Below are positions 23,454-34,079 of a stretch of DNA of 64,000 nt, piece by piece. Source of the stretch: an uncultured Acidobacteriota bacterium. Its GTDB lineage: Bacteria; Acidobacteriota; DATKUA01. A program made the position numbers and the translations under genes. Position 1 is the first letter of the stretch; the number at the start of each line of letters is the position of its first letter. The stretch lies in the NCBI GenBank assembly GCA_964408025.1, contig CAYOXX010000001.1:79140-143139 (forward strand), in the 5' to 3' direction. The notes beneath the pieces were generated by a model, which saw only the letters and a list, made by a program, of their open reading frames with translations, did no database searches and was not told where the DNA came from.

Positions 23454-26400
23454 TCAAGGTTTCGCCCTGTTGCGAACGATCCTCACGTTCTCTTCGCCCG
23501 CCAGTTCCTGCAGGCGGGCGATGACGTCGGGCGAGGCCTTTATGTTGTAGTAGCCGCTGGTGCTCGCCTCGATGTCGAACTCGCCGTCGCGCAGCATGCG
23601 GAAGGTGAGCGCCGAGGAGCCGCGGTTTCCGCGCACCACCTCGATGATTTCGTTGATCCGTCCGTCGTCCAGCCGGTCGAGGTCCAGCGTCACCGTGAGC
23701 GCCTTTGCCTCCTTGGGGCGCACGTGGGCGAGCGGCACGATCTCCTCAGCGATCAGGCGCAGGCTCTCCGAATCGGACTCTGCGCGGCCGCGCACGAGAA
23801 TCACCTCGTCGTCATCAAGCCTGCGCGAGACCTCGGCGTAGAGGTCCGGGAAGACAATGGTTTCCACGCTGCCGGTTTCGTCTTCCAGGTGGAAGACTGC
23901 CATCGCCTTGCCGCTGCGAGTGCGCTTACGCCTGAGGCCGGTGACAATGCCGCCGACGCTGACCTGCTCCCGGTTCTTCGAGGCCAGCCTTTCGGTCGGG
24001 GAGGTGGCGGCGGACTCAAGCTCGGCCCTGAACTGCTGCAGCGGGTGTCCGCTGGCGTAGAAGCCGAGGACCTCTTTCTCGTAGGCCAGCCTGGTCTTCT
24101 CCGACCAGTCATCGACGTTCGGCAGCTCCTCCGTTCCCCGTCCCGGCGTGTCGCCTTTGGCCTCGTCGAGGCCGCCGAAGAGGCTCTCCTGCCCCGAGAG
24201 CCGGTCGCGCATCGCCTTCTGTCCTGACTCGAAGGCCCTATCGAGGACGGCCAGCAGCTGCGGCCTGCGAGCACCGAGGCTGTCGAAGCTGCCGGACTTG
24301 ATGAGCGACTCGACGACTCGCTTGTTGACCGCCCGCAGGTCCACCTGCTCGCAGAAGCGGAAGATGCTGGCGAAGCGCCCGTGCTCCTCCCTGGCGGCGA
24401 CGATGGAGTTGATCGCCCCGACGCCGACGTTCTTGACGGCCCCGAGGCCGAAGAGGATCGAATCGCCCTCAACGCAGAAGTCGGCGCGGCTCCTGTTGAC
24501 GTCGGCAGGTGCCACCTCGATACCCATCTCGCTGCACTCGGCCAGGTAGCGCTTGATGCGCTCCGAGTTCTCCATCTCGCTGCTCATCAGTGCGGCCATG
24601 AAGTGGGCCGGGTAGCGTGCCTTGAGGTAGGCCGTCTGGTAGGCGATATAGGCGTAAGCGGTCGAGTGGGCCTTGTTGAAGCCGTAGCCGGAGAAGTAAG
24701 CGATCAGCTCGAAGACCTCCTCGGCTCTGCGGCGGTCCACGCCGTTGTCGACGGCGCCGGCGACGAAGTGATCCCTCTGTTGCGCCATCAGAGCCTTCTT
24801 CTTCTTACCCATCGCCCGGCGCAGCAGGTCGGCCTCGCCGAGCGAGAAGCCGGCCAGCCGGCTGGCGATCTGCATCACTTGCTCCTGGTAAAGGATGATG
24901 CCGAGGGTCTCTTTCGTTATCTCCTCCAGCTCAGGCAGGATGTACTCGACCTTGGTCTTGCCGCGACGGCGCTTGATGTAGTCGTCGATCAGCCCCCCTT
25001 TGATCGGTCCCGGCCGGTAGAGCGCGTTCAGCGCGCTGAGATCCTCGAGGCGCTCCGGCTTGAGGCGCATGAGGATATCGCGCATGCCGGCGCTCTCGAA
25101 CTGGAATATGCCGCAGGTCCGGCCGGCGCGCAGCATCTTGAAGACCTCCGGGTCGTTGAGCGGCAGGCTCTCGATATCGAGCCGCTCGCCGGAACTTCCT
25201 ACGATGGCCTCCACTGTGTCCTGGATCACGGTCAGCGTGCGCAGCCCCAGGAAGTCCATCTTGATCAGACCGATAGCCTCGATGTCGTTCATGTCGTACT
25301 GCGTGGTGATCTCGTCCTTGCTGCTCTTGTAGAGCGGCAGGAACTGCAGCAGCGGCTTGGGCGCGATCACCACTCCGGCGGCGTGGGTCGACGCGTGGCG
25401 CGTGAGGCCCTCGAGTCTGCGGGCGATGTCGATGATGTGCTTTATCTTCGGGCTGGCCCGGTAGAGCTCGGCGAGGTCGGGCGAGTTCTTGAGCGCCCTG
25501 TCCAGCGTCATGCCGATTTCGAACGGAACCAGCTTGGCGACGCGGTCAACCTCGGCGTAGGGCACCTCGAGCACGCGGCCGACGTCGCGGATGGCGTTGC
25601 GCGCAGCCATGGTGCCGAAGGTGATGATCTGCGACACGTTCTTCAGGCCGTACTTCTGGCGCACGTACTCGATCACCTCGCCGCGGCGCCGCACGCAGAA
25701 GTCTATGTCGAAGTCCGGCATGCTGACGCGCTCGGGGTTGATGAAGCGCTCGAACAGCAGGTTGAAGCGTATCGGGTCGATGGCGGTGATGCCCATCGAG
25801 TATGCAACGAGGCTTCCGGCCCCCGAGCCCCTACCGGGCCCGACCGGGATGCCGCTCTCCTTGGAGAAGCGGATGAAATCCCAGACGATGAGGAAGTAGC
25901 CGCTGAAGCCGGTCTTCTGGATCATGGCGATCTCCTGATCCAGGCGCTCGCGGTACTCGTCGAGGTCGACAGAAACTTCTCCCCGCTCTATCGCCCTGCG
26001 GATCTCGGGCATCCTCTGCTCGAAGCCCTCTTCGGCCACGCGGGCGAAGTAGCTGTCGATCGACTCCCCCTCCGGCACCTGATACTGCGGCAGGTGGTAG
26101 ACGCCGAACTTCAGCTTGAAGTCGCACATTTCGGCTATCGCGAGCGTGTTGTCGAGGGCCTCCTCAAGCTCGCCGCCGAAAAGCTCGGCCATCTCGTCGC
26201 CGCTCTTCAGGTAGAGCTGGTCGGAGCTGTAGCGCAGGCGGTTCTCGTCGCTGACGTTCTTGCCGGTGCCGATGCAGAGCAGGACGTCGTGCGCCTCGGC
26301 GTCGTCGGCGCCGACGTAGTGGCAGTCGTTGGTGGCCGCCAGCGGTATGCCGTGCTTGCGCGATATGCGCGTCGCACCCCTGATCACGGCGGCCTGTTCC

Positions 26401-26990
26401 TGCAGGCCGTGGTTCTGGATTTCGAGGAAGAAGCTATCCTGTCCGAATATATCGCGGTATTCGAGGGCGGCCGCCTCGGCAGCCTCGTCGCTGCCCGACA
26501 CCAGGTTCTTGGCCACCTCGCCGCTGTCGCACCCGCTCAGGCATATGAGGCCTTCGGCGTGCTCCCTCAGCAGCCGCTTGTCGACGCGTGGTTTGTAGTA
26601 GAAGCCGTTGAGGAACGACTCGCTAACCAATTTTATCAGGTTGAGGTAACCTTGCTCGCTGCGCACTATCAGGGTTAAGTGGTGCGGCTTGCCGTTCGAC
26701 GCCGACTTGTCGCGGTAGTCGCCCTGGGCGACGTACATCTCGCAGCCGATTATCGGCTTCACTCCCGACCCCTTCGCCGCGCGCATAAGCTGCACCGCTC
26801 CGAACATGACGCCGTGGTCGGTTACGGCCACGGCCGGCATCCCGAGCCTCTTGCAGCGCCGGATGAGGTCGGGGATCTTGATGGCGCCGTCGAGAAGGCT
26901 GAATTGGGAGTGCAGGTGCAGGTGTACGAAGGGGCGCTTGGCTGGGGAGTCGCTCGACGGCATTTCCTGTTCCCCGCCTGTAACCATCAC
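23454..26990 (-). CDS. dnaE: DNA polymerase III subunit alpha
   Basis: PHP N-terminus 'FVHLHLHSQFSLLDGA', 'GPGRGSGAGSLVAY', 'PDFDIDF', and an OB-fold-like C-terminus; 1178 aa. Confidence 0.95.
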   Translation of the reverse strand: MMVTGGEQEMPSSDSPAKRPFVHLHLHSQFSLLDGAIKIPDLIRRCKRLGMPAVAVTDHGVMFGAVQLMRAAKGSGVKPIIGCEMYVAQGDYRDKSASNGKPHHLTLIVRSEQGYLNLIKLVSESFLNGFYYKPRVDKRLLREHAEGLICLSGCDSGEVAKNLVSGSDEAAEAAALEYRDIFGQDSFFLEIQNHGLQEQAAVIRGATRISRKHGIPLAATNDCHYVGADDAEAHDVLLCIGTGKNVSDENRLRYSSDQLYLKSGDEMAELFGGELEEALDNTLAIAEMCDFKLKFGVYHLPQYQVPEGESIDSYFARVAEEGFEQRMPEIRRAIERGEVSVDLDEYRERLDQEIAMIQKTGFSGYFLIVWDFIRFSKESGIPVGPGRGSGAGSLVAYSMGITAIDPIRFNLLFERFINPERVSMPDFDIDFCVRRRGEVIEYVRQKYGLKNVSQIITFGTMAARNAIRDVGRVLEVPYAEVDRVAKLVPFEIGMTLDRALKNSPDLAELYRASPKIKHIIDIARRLEGLTRHASTHAAGVVIAPKPLLQFLPLYKSSKDEITTQYDMNDIEAIGLIKMDFLGLRTLTVIQDTVEAIVGSSGERLDIESLPLNDPEVFKMLRAGRTCGIFQFESAGMRDILMRLKPERLEDLSALNALYRPGPIKGGLIDDYIKRRRGKTKVEYILPELEEITKETLGIILYQEQVMQIASRLAGFSLGEADLLRRAMGKKKKALMAQQRDHFVAGAVDNGVDRRRAEEVFELIAYFSGYGFNKAHSTAYAYIAYQTAYLKARYPAHFMAALMSSEMENSERIKRYLAECSEMGIEVAPADVNRSRADFCVEGDSILFGLGAVKNVGVGAINSIVAAREEHGRFASIFRFCEQVDLRAVNKRVVESLIKSGSFDSLGARRPQLLAVLDRAFESGQKAMRDRLSGQESLFGGLDEAKGDTPGRGTEELPNVDDWSEKTRLAYEKEVLGFYASGHPLQQFRAELESAATSPTERLASKNREQVSVGGIVTGLRRKRTRSGKAMAVFHLEDETGSVETIVFPDLYAEVSRRLDDDEVILVRGRAESDSESLRLIAEEIVPLAHVRPKEAKALTVTLDLDRLDDGRINEIIEVVRGNRGSSALTFRMLRDGEFDIEASTSGYYNIKASPDVIARLQELAGEENVRIVRNRAKP

Positions 26991-27014
26991 CCTCGACCTT
27001 CGTCGGAACCCCGC

Positions 27015-28559
27015 CTATTCCCACTCGATGGTGCTGGGAGGCTTCGAGCTGATGTCGTAGACGACCCTGTTGATCCCGCGCACCTCGTTGATTATCCGGT
27101 TGCTTATTGTGCGTAGGAGTTCGTACGGCAACTGAGCCCAGTCGGCCGTCATCGCGTCGCGGCTCTCGACGGCCCGCAGGGCCAGCGTGCTCTCGTAGGT
27201 CCGCTCGTCGCCCATCACGCCGACGCTGCGCACCGGCAGCAGGACGCCGAAGCTCTGCCACAGCTCGCGGTAGAGGCCTGCGGCCTTGATCTCGGAGACG
27301 ATGATGTGGTCGGCCTGCCTCAGGACGTCTAGGCGCTCTTTAGTGACCTCGCCGAGAATGCGCACCGCCAGGCCGGGCCCGGGGAAGGGCTGCCGGTAAA
27401 CCAAGTCCTCGGGGAGGCCGAGCTCGAGGCCCAGCGCTCTTACCTCGTCCTTGAACAGAAAGCGCAGCGGTTCCACCAGCTCCAGCTTCATCCGCTCCGG
27501 CAGGCCGCCGACATTGTGGTGGCTCTTGATGACGTCGGAGGGTCCGTGCACGGCGATGCTCTCGATGACGTCGGGGTAGAGCGTCCCCTGGGCCAGAAAT
27601 CCGACGTCCTCCCCCAGCTTGGCAGCCTCCTCGGTGAAGATTTCGATGAACTCCTCGCCGATGATCCGCCGCTTGCGCTCGGGATCGGATACGCCGGCGA
27701 GCCTGGCGAGGAATCGTTTAGCGGCCTCTACGCGGACGATGTTCAGCTTCATCCGCTGCGCGAAGTTCCGCATCACCTGGTCCGCCTCGCGCAGCCGCAG
27801 GAGTCCGTTGTCGACGAAGATGCAGAGCAATCGGTCGCCGATGGCCCGGTCCAGCAGGGCGGCTGTGACGGACGAATCGACGCCCCCGCTCAGCCCCAGG
27901 ACAACGCGGCCTCCGCGCACCTGCCGCCTGATCGCCTCGACGCTCTCCTCGATGAAGCCGGCCATTGTCCAGTAGCTGCGGCAGCCGCAGATCTCGCCGA
28001 CGAAGTTGCGCAGCATCGCCGTCCCGTTGTCGGTGTGGACGACCTCGGGGTGGAACTGCACGCCGTAGATGGCGCGGCCCCCGTCGGCCATGGCAGCGTT
28101 CGGGCAGCTCGGAGTCGAGGCGACGGCCTCGAAGCCGTGCGGCAGTGCGGTCACCGAGTCGCCGTGGCTCATCCATACCTTCTGACGCCGCTCGAGGCCG
28201 GTAAACAGCAGCGAGGCGGTGTCCACTTCGACAACGGCGTGGCCAAACTCCCTGGCCGGCGAGTTCTCCACGTCGCCCCCCAGAAGTTTCGCGATGGTCT
28301 GCATGCCGTAGCAGATGCCGAGGATCGGGATCCCGAGTTCCAGAAGCTCGGCGTCGACCGCCGGGGCGCCGTCGTCGTAGACGCTCCTCGGCCCGCCTGA
28401 AAGAATTATGCCCCGTGGCGCCAGGCCGCGGATTTCGTCTGCCTGCAGCGAGAAGGGATGGATCTCGCAGTAGACCTGCAGTTCGCGCACCCGGCGCGCG
28501 ATCAACTGCGTCACCTGGGAGCCGAAATCGAGGATCAGTATGCTGTCGCGAGCCGGCAT
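27015..28559 (-). CDS. guaA: GMP synthase (glutamine-hydrolysing)
   Basis: GATase block 'ILGICYGMQ', ATP-PPase P-loop '[10 protein letters not shown]', C-terminal 'KPPSTIEWE'. Confidence 0.95.
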   Translation of the reverse strand: MPARDSILILDFGSQVTQLIARRVRELQVYCEIHPFSLQADEIRGLAPRGIILSGGPRSVYDDGAPAVDAELLELGIPILGICYGMQTIAKLLGGDVENSPAREFGHAVVEVDTASLLFTGLERRQKVWMSHGDSVTALPHGFEAVASTPSCPNAAMADGGRAIYGVQFHPEVVHTDNGTAMLRNFVGEICGCRSYWTMAGFIEESVEAIRRQVRGGRVVLGLSGGVDSSVTAALLDRAIGDRLLCIFVDNGLLRLREADQVMRNFAQRMKLNIVRVEAAKRFLARLAGVSDPERKRRIIGEEFIEIFTEEAAKLGEDVGFLAQGTLYPDVIESIAVHGPSDVIKSHHNVGGLPERMKLELVEPLRFLFKDEVRALGLELGLPEDLVYRQPFPGPGLAVRILGEVTKERLDVLRQADHIIVSEIKAAGLYRELWQSFGVLLPVRSVGVMGDERTYESTLALRAVESRDAMTADWAQLPYELLRTISNRIINEVRGINRVVYDISSKPPSTIEWE

Positions 28560-28680
28560 CAGGTTCTCGTCCTGTTTGTAGCCACTATAGCAAAAGGGGT
28601 ATGCGAGTCAAGGACCGGCACTACATCTTGAGCAAGTCGAGCGTTTTCAACGGTATGCGGCTCGCCCGGAATCACCTTCG

Positions 28681-31110
28681 CTACATCACGGAGACCGGAT
28701 CGATTACCGTTTTCAGCGCGCCGGGTCCTTCGTGGGCGGCACGGGCGCGGCGGATCGCTTCGTTGAGGCGCTTGCGTTCCGCCGCCTTTATGATCAGCTG
28801 GTGTCGCCAGCTGCTCTTCAGCCTAGCGTAGGGCGCCAGCGAGGGTCCCAGCACGTATGCCTTCCCCTCGAGCTCGCCGTAGAGGACCTCGGCGATCCTC
28901 TGCGCCGCTGCCCTGCCCCTGCCCCTGTCGCGGTCCTCGACGGTTAGCAGCGCCAGGTAGCCAAAAGGGGGATAGCGCAGCCTGGCGCGGTAGTCGAGCT
29001 CCTTTTCTAAAAACAGCTCCCAGTCGCCCTCGCCGGCGGCCCGCACTGCGTAGTGGTCGGGCCTGTAGGTCAGTATGAATACCTCGCCGGGCCGCTCACC
29101 GCGTCCGGCCCGCCCAGAGATCTGAGTGATCAACTGGAAGACACGCTCGCAGTGGCGGAAATCGGGTAGCCTCAGGAGCGAGTCGAGCCCCAGGGCGACC
29201 ACCGTCGTCACGTGGGGGTAGTCGTGGCCCTTGGCGATCATCTGCGTGCCAACCAGGATGTCGATCCGCTGCTTCCGTAGCCGCTCGAGGACCTCGCGGT
29301 AGCGGCGTGGATTGGTGATCACGTCGCGGTCCATGCGCTCAATCGCGGCGTCGGGGAAGCGCTCCAGCAATTGCTCCTCGACCTTCTCGGTCCCCGTGCC
29401 CAGGGCTTCGACCGATCCGCTGCCGCATTCTGGGCAGATGCGGGGCATCTCGCTCCGGCGTCCGCAGTAGTGGCACTTCAGCCCCCCGACGGCTTCGTGG
29501 TAGGCCAAACCGATTGAGCAGTTCGGGCACTCGAAGTTGTGGCCGCAGGCGCGGCAGAGGACGAAGGGGGCGTAACCCTTCCTGCCTACCAGAACTAGCG
29601 TCTGCTCGCCGCGCTGCAGCGTCCGCTCGACAGCCTCGTCCACGACGCCCGGAAACGGCGACACGCCGTCCGCGGATTCCGCTGAACGAAGGTCCACTAT
29701 ATTGAGACGCGGCAAGGGCCGCTCGAAAACCCGCTTTTTCAGCCTCAGCAGCCGGTACTTGCCCCGGCCGGTGTTGTGCAGCGACTCGAGCGAGGGCGTG
29801 GCGCTGCCGAGGACGCACACGCACCCGGATTTCTGCGCCCTCACAAGGGCGACGTCGCGGGCGCTGAAGGTCGGGTAGTCGTCTTGCTTGTAGCTGCTGT
29901 CGTGCTCCTCGTCGACCACGATCAGGCCGGGGTTTTCCAGCGGTGCGAACACCGACAGCCTGGTTCCCAGGACTACCTTCGCCTCGCCCCTGCGGACGCG
30001 GTTCCACTCGTCGATCCTCTCGCCGCCGCTCAGAGCGCTGTGGAGCACGGCCAGGTGGTCGCCGAAGACGGCGTAGTAGCGCCGCACAAACTGCGGCGTA
30101 AGCGCCAACTCGGGGATCAGGATCAGGGTACCTTTGCCCGACTCCAGGCAGCGCCCGGCCGCGTGGATGTAGATCTCCGTCTTACCGGAGCCGGTTACGC
30201 CGTGCAAAAGGAAGGGCGAGAAGCGCTCACCCTTCAGCGCTTTCTCGATCTCTGAAAACGCCTGCCGCTGCTCCCCCACGAGTCTCTTGGGCCGCTCCGG
30301 TTCCACGTCGAGATCGGCGAACGGGTCGCGACGGACGGTGACCGACGCGTACTCGGCCAGCCCGGCCCTGACCAAACCATCTACGACCGCCCTCGAGGCG
30401 CCGAGCTGGTTCTCGGTCTCCGAAAGCGGGATCGGTCCAGCCGCCGCCAGCAGGCGCTCGTATGCCGGCTTGCGCTTCGCCGAGCGGCGCCAGAACTCGT
30501 CGGGCTGCGGTGGCGCGCTCTCGACGGCCAGCACCGCCTTGCGCCGCTTCTCCAGCTTCCGGCCGCTCCGCATCCTCGTTGCCCCGATCCAGCCCTCCCG
30601 CAGCAGGCGTGAAATCAGCGGAGCTGGAAAGGATTTGTTTAGCAGCGCGACCTTCTGCGGTCCTCGCTCGACGAGGTGATCCAGCAGGCGGCGGGTCTCG
30701 CCGAGGTCGTCAGGCACGAGGGCGAGCGCTCGCAGGCGGTGATGCTCGGAGCGGCCGCTCTCGGTCAGCCGCACGACTTCCCGCTCGACCACGTTGATGC
30801 CGGCCGGCAGCGCCGCCTTGATGACGTCGCCCCAGGAAGATATGTAGTAATCGGCCACCCAACGGGTAAGCTCGAGCATCCGCGGCGAGAGCAGCGGCTC
30901 GTCGTCGAGGATCTCGAGCAGCGGCTTCAGCGTACGCCCAGTGGAGGCCGATGCGGCCAGCCCGGTGATGTAGCCGGTGACCCTGGCACCGCCCACGGGG
31001 ACGAGCGCGCGTACGCCGGGCTTCGCTCTCGCGTCGAGATCGCCGGGAACGAGATAGTCCCAAGCGGTCTCCACGTTCGGCCTGGGGATGGCGACTCTGG
31101 CTAACCGCAT
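28681..31110 (-). CDS. priA: Primosomal protein N' (replication restart helicase PriA)
   Basis: Walker A 'HGVTGSGKTE', 'VVDEEHD', and a Cys-rich Zn region 'CRACGHNFECPNC...CHYCG...CPECGS'. Confidence 0.9.
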   Translation of the reverse strand: MRLARVAIPRPNVETAWDYLVPGDLDARAKPGVRALVPVGGARVTGYITGLAASASTGRTLKPLLEILDDEPLLSPRMLELTRWVADYYISSWGDVIKAALPAGINVVEREVVRLTESGRSEHHRLRALALVPDDLGETRRLLDHLVERGPQKVALLNKSFPAPLISRLLREGWIGATRMRSGRKLEKRRKAVLAVESAPPQPDEFWRRSAKRKPAYERLLAAAGPIPLSETENQLGASRAVVDGLVRAGLAEYASVTVRRDPFADLDVEPERPKRLVGEQRQAFSEIEKALKGERFSPFLLHGVTGSGKTEIYIHAAGRCLESGKGTLILIPELALTPQFVRRYYAVFGDHLAVLHSALSGGERIDEWNRVRRGEAKVVLGTRLSVFAPLENPGLIVVDEEHDSSYKQDDYPTFSARDVALVRAQKSGCVCVLGSATPSLESLHNTGRGKYRLLRLKKRVFERPLPRLNIVDLRSAESADGVSPFPGVVDEAVERTLQRGEQTLVLVGRKGYAPFVLCRACGHNFECPNCSIGLAYHEAVGGLKCHYCGRRSEMPRICPECGSGSVEALGTGTEKVEEQLLERFPDAAIERMDRDVITNPRRYREVLERLRKQRIDILVGTQMIAKGHDYPHVTTVVALGLDSLLRLPDFRHCERVFQLITQISGRAGRGERPGEVFILTYRPDHYAVRAAGEGDWELFLEKELDYRARLRYPPFGYLALLTVEDRDRGRGRAAAQRIAEVLYGELEGKAYVLGPSLAPYARLKSSWRHQLIIKAAERKRLNEAIRRARAAHEGPGALKTVIDPVSVM

Positions 31111-31194
31111 CCTGAGTTCTCGTCTGGTGTTATCCGGCGCCTATCGTAACGCCGGGCGGCGTGTTTTAGAATACTCGGATTGGCCGACAACCCG

Positions 31195-31884
31195 CTAGCG
31201 GTTGTCGGCGGTGATGCCGAGAAGTCCCATGACCTTCTGCATGTCCTCCCAGACCTGGCCGCGCGTCCTGGGCGTGTAGTTGCGCAGCAGGTAGGCGGGG
31301 TGGAAGGTAGGCTGCAGCGGCACGCCGAGGTAGCTGTGCACCTCCTCGCGCAGGCGCGAGATCGGCTCGCTGGTGTTGAGCAGCGTCTGCGCCGCTACCG
31401 TTCCGAGAGCGCAGATGACCCGCGGCTGGATTATGGCGATCTGGCGCTCGAGGTAAGGCAGACAGCTACGTATCTCGTCGGGACGCGGCGAGCGGTTGCC
31501 CGGCGGGCGGCACTTGACGATGTTGCCGATGTAGACGTCCTGCCGCTGTAGGCCGACGGCCCTGATGATCTCGTTGAGCTTCTTGCCGGCGCGGCCGACG
31601 AACGGCAGGCCCTGGCGGTCCTCTTCCGCACCCGGCCCCTCGCCGATGAACATCAGGTCGGCGTCAGGGTTACCCTCGCCGAAAACGATGTTACTCCGCC
31701 CCTCCTCGCTCAGGCGGCACCGCTGGCAGCCGGCGACGTAGTCCGACCATAGCTCTTCCAGTGCCTTGGCTTTCGATTTGACTGCGGCGACGGCGGGATC
31801 GGCCGCGTCGGCGTACTCGGCGCCGATATCTTTCAGGTAGCGGAGGTGCCCCAGAAGCTGACCGTGGACATCTTCCCTCTTCAT
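31195..31884 (-). CDS. Uracil-DNA glycosylase, family 4 (Fe-S type)
   Basis: 'CQRCRL', 'GEGPGAEEDRQGLPFVGRAGKKL', 'HPAYLLR'. Confidence 0.85.
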   Translation of the reverse strand: MKREDVHGQLLGHLRYLKDIGAEYADAADPAVAAVKSKAKALEELWSDYVAGCQRCRLSEEGRSNIVFGEGNPDADLMFIGEGPGAEEDRQGLPFVGRAGKKLNEIIRAVGLQRQDVYIGNIVKCRPPGNRSPRPDEIRSCLPYLERQIAIIQPRVICALGTVAAQTLLNTSEPISRLREEVHSYLGVPLQPTFHPAYLLRNYTPRTRGQVWEDMQKVMGLLGITADNR

Positions 31885-33089
31885 CTGCTTATTCTGCTCT
31901 CGACTTCGTCCAGGATCGCGCTCGCCATCTCGGCTTTCGGGCAGCGCCCGATCTCTTTTTCGCCGCCGTCGGCGAAGAGTATCAAGCCCTCAGTGGTATC
32001 CCCACCCATCGCGTCGGCGCGGCCGGCAACCGGATTGGCCACTATCATGTCGAGGGCCTTACTTTTCAGCTTGGCAGCAGCATTGCCGCGCAGGTCTTCG
32101 CTTTCGGCCGCGAAGCCGACTAGGAACGGGCGGTCCTTCAGGGTCCCGACTCGCGCCAGGATGTCCTCTGTCAGCTCCAGCTCCAACTTCAGCGCGGCTC
32201 CGCTCTTCTTTATCTTGCCGCTCTCGATCCTCCTCGGTCGAAAGTCGGCCACCGCGGCGGCCATTATCAGCAGGTCGGTACCGCGCAGCTCCCTGTCGAC
32301 CTCCCTGGACATCTCAGCGGCTGTGCGGACGGAAATCCCGTCGACGTAGTACGGCGTCCGCAGCCCGGTCGGTCCGCTGATCAGGATCACCTTGGCTCCG
32401 CGCGCTGCAGCCTCGCGGGCCAGTGCGTAGCCCATGCGCCCGCTCGAGCGGTTACTGATGAAGCGAACCGAATCTATCTCTTCGGCCGTGGGTCCGGCAG
32501 TTACAAGGACTTTTAATCCCTCCAGGGTCTTGGGTTGGCGCAGAGCGTATTGGGCGGCGTCGAGGATATCCTCGGTCTCCGCCAGGCGACCCTCCCCTTC
32601 CCAGCCGCAGGCGAGGTATCCGCGGCCGGGCTGCACCACTACCACTCCCCGCTCCTTCAGTGTCTCGACGTTGCGTTGGGTTGCGGCGTGGCGCCACATC
32701 TTGGAGTTCATCGCCGGGGCGATTGCCACCGGGCAGTCTGCGCTGACGTATAGAGTCGAGAGGAAATCGTCGGCGATGCCGGCGGCGAACTTGGCGATGA
32801 TGTTCGCCGTAGCCGGCGCCACGAGCAGCAGCCGCATCGAGTCCGAAAGTGCGATGTGCTCGACCAGCCAGTCACCCGAGCCGTCGAAGAGACCGGTGAC
32901 GGCTTGCGCGCCGGCGAGCGTCTGAAAGGTCAACGGTGTCACAAAACGCTGCGCCGCCACCGTGAGGACCGGCCGCACCTGGTAGCCGCGGTCCTGCAGC
33001 CGCCTCAGCAGCTCGACCGCCTTGTAGGCGCCGATGCACCCGGTGATGCCGAGTGCGACCAGCGGTCCGCTATCCCTTTGTGTCGACAT
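31881..33089 (-). CDS. coaBC: Bifunctional phosphopantothenoylcysteine decarboxylase / phosphopantothenate-cysteine ligase
   Basis: Flavoprotein N-domain 'GITGCIGAYK' and ligase C-domain 'ISNRSSGRMG'. It overlaps the downstream udg gene by 4 nt. Confidence 0.9.
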   Translation of the reverse strand: MSTQRDSGPLVALGITGCIGAYKAVELLRRLQDRGYQVRPVLTVAAQRFVTPLTFQTLAGAQAVTGLFDGSGDWLVEHIALSDSMRLLLVAPATANIIAKFAAGIADDFLSTLYVSADCPVAIAPAMNSKMWRHAATQRNVETLKERGVVVVQPGRGYLACGWEGEGRLAETEDILDAAQYALRQPKTLEGLKVLVTAGPTAEEIDSVRFISNRSSGRMGYALAREAAARGAKVILISGPTGLRTPYYVDGISVRTAAEMSREVDRELRGTDLLIMAAAVADFRPRRIESGKIKKSGAALKLELELTEDILARVGTLKDRPFLVGFAAESEDLRGNAAAKLKSKALDMIVANPVAGRADAMGGDTTEGLILFADGGEKEIGRCPKAEMASAILDEVESRISR

Positions 33090-33109
33090 CTCTCAGGCGG
33101 GACGAGGCC

Positions 33110-33361
33110 TCAGAGGAATCCCTGCGGCTCTTCCTCTTCCAGTTCTTCAGGCTCCTCAGGCTCCGCGGATTCTTTGTCCTTCGCGATGATCTCGAAGTCA
33201 ATGAGACCGTCCAGCACCTCCTCCATTGCTATCTTGGAGAACTTTGCGTAGCGATCTTCGTCTATCTTGGGCTTTGCGCCCTTCTGAAGCATTTCGCAGC
33301 GCTTGGCGGCGATGGTGATGAATCGGTACTTGCTGTCGATGTTTTCCGGGAGGTCCCGCAT
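33110..33361 (-). CDS. rpoZ: DNA-directed RNA polymerase subunit omega
   Basis: 'SKYRFITIAAKRCEMLQKG'. The ATG at 33361 has GAGGT about 8 nt upstream. The longer ORF to 33439 would overlap gmk. The gmk-rpoZ order is conserved. Confidence 0.75.
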   Translation of the reverse strand: MRDLPENIDSKYRFITIAAKRCEMLQKGAKPKIDEDRYAKFSKIAMEEVLDGLIDFEIIAKDKESAEPEEPEELEEEEPQGFL

Positions 33362-33398
33362 CCTGTTACCTCGGTTCTGTTCTATGTGCAGTGGCGCA

Positions 33399-34064
33399 TT
33401 ATATAGGCAAGTCGAAGGAACGCAAGATTTTATCCACACGCGCCGGGTGGCGTTTGAGCTTGAGCCTTTCGGCGGTGATTATCGCCTCTACTTCGCCGAC
33501 GGCCGTATCGAGGTCGTCGTTGACGACTGCGAAGTCGAAGTTCAGCGCCATAGACATCTCCTCGGCGGCGATGCCGATGCGGCGCTCGAGTTCTTCCTCG
33601 CCGTTGGTGCCCCTTTCGCGTAGCCTCCGGGTCATAACCTCTCTTGAGGGCGGCAGGATGAATACCCTGACGCAATCTGGGATCGCCTCGCGGACGTTGT
33701 CGGCGCCCTGGATGTCGATATCCATCAGGACGTCGTGTCCGCCTTCGAGTAGCTCTTCGGTCAGCGCGCGGTCGGTGCCGTAGCGGTGCCCGTGAACAAG
33801 AGCCCATTCCAGAAACCGGCCGCGTTCTATCCTCTCTTTGAATTCCTCTTCGCTCACAAAGAAGTAATCGATGCCGTCGCGCTCGGCGGTTCGCGGAGGT
33901 CTGGAGGTGCACGAAATCGAGAACCGGAGCTGATCGTCTCGCTCCAGCAGGCGGCGGCAGATCGTCGTCTTGCCGCCGCCCGAAGGCGAGGTGACGACGA
34001 ACGCTATTGCGCGGCGCGTCCCTCCCGCGCCCTCCTCAACGGCAGCCGAATTTTGCTTAGCCAT
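33399..34064 (-). CDS. gmk: Guanylate kinase
   Basis: P-loop 'SPSGGGKTT' and 'TSRPPRTAERDGIDYFFVS'. Confidence 0.9.
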   Translation of the reverse strand: MAKQNSAAVEEGAGGTRRAIAFVVTSPSGGGKTTICRRLLERDDQLRFSISCTSRPPRTAERDGIDYFFVSEEEFKERIERGRFLEWALVHGHRYGTDRALTEELLEGGHDVLMDIDIQGADNVREAIPDCVRVFILPPSREVMTRRLRERGTNGEEELERRIGIAAEEMSMALNFDFAVVNDDLDTAVGEVEAIITAERLKLKRHPARVDKILRSFDLPI

Positions 34065-34079
34065 CTTTCCCCACCGCGG

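Noticed and set aside
24381-26678. 765-aa ORF on the plus strand
   Set aside because: It lies entirely antisense to dnaE, which has unmistakable Pol III alpha motifs. Its translation is low-complexity and Arg/Ala/Gly/Leu-rich with no motifs. This is the usual long shadow ORF of high-GC DNA. The same reasoning applies to 7001-8329(-), 5473-6813(+), 40760-41731(+), 50856-51851(-), 52029-52931(-), 56932-57891(-) and 35400-36245(+).
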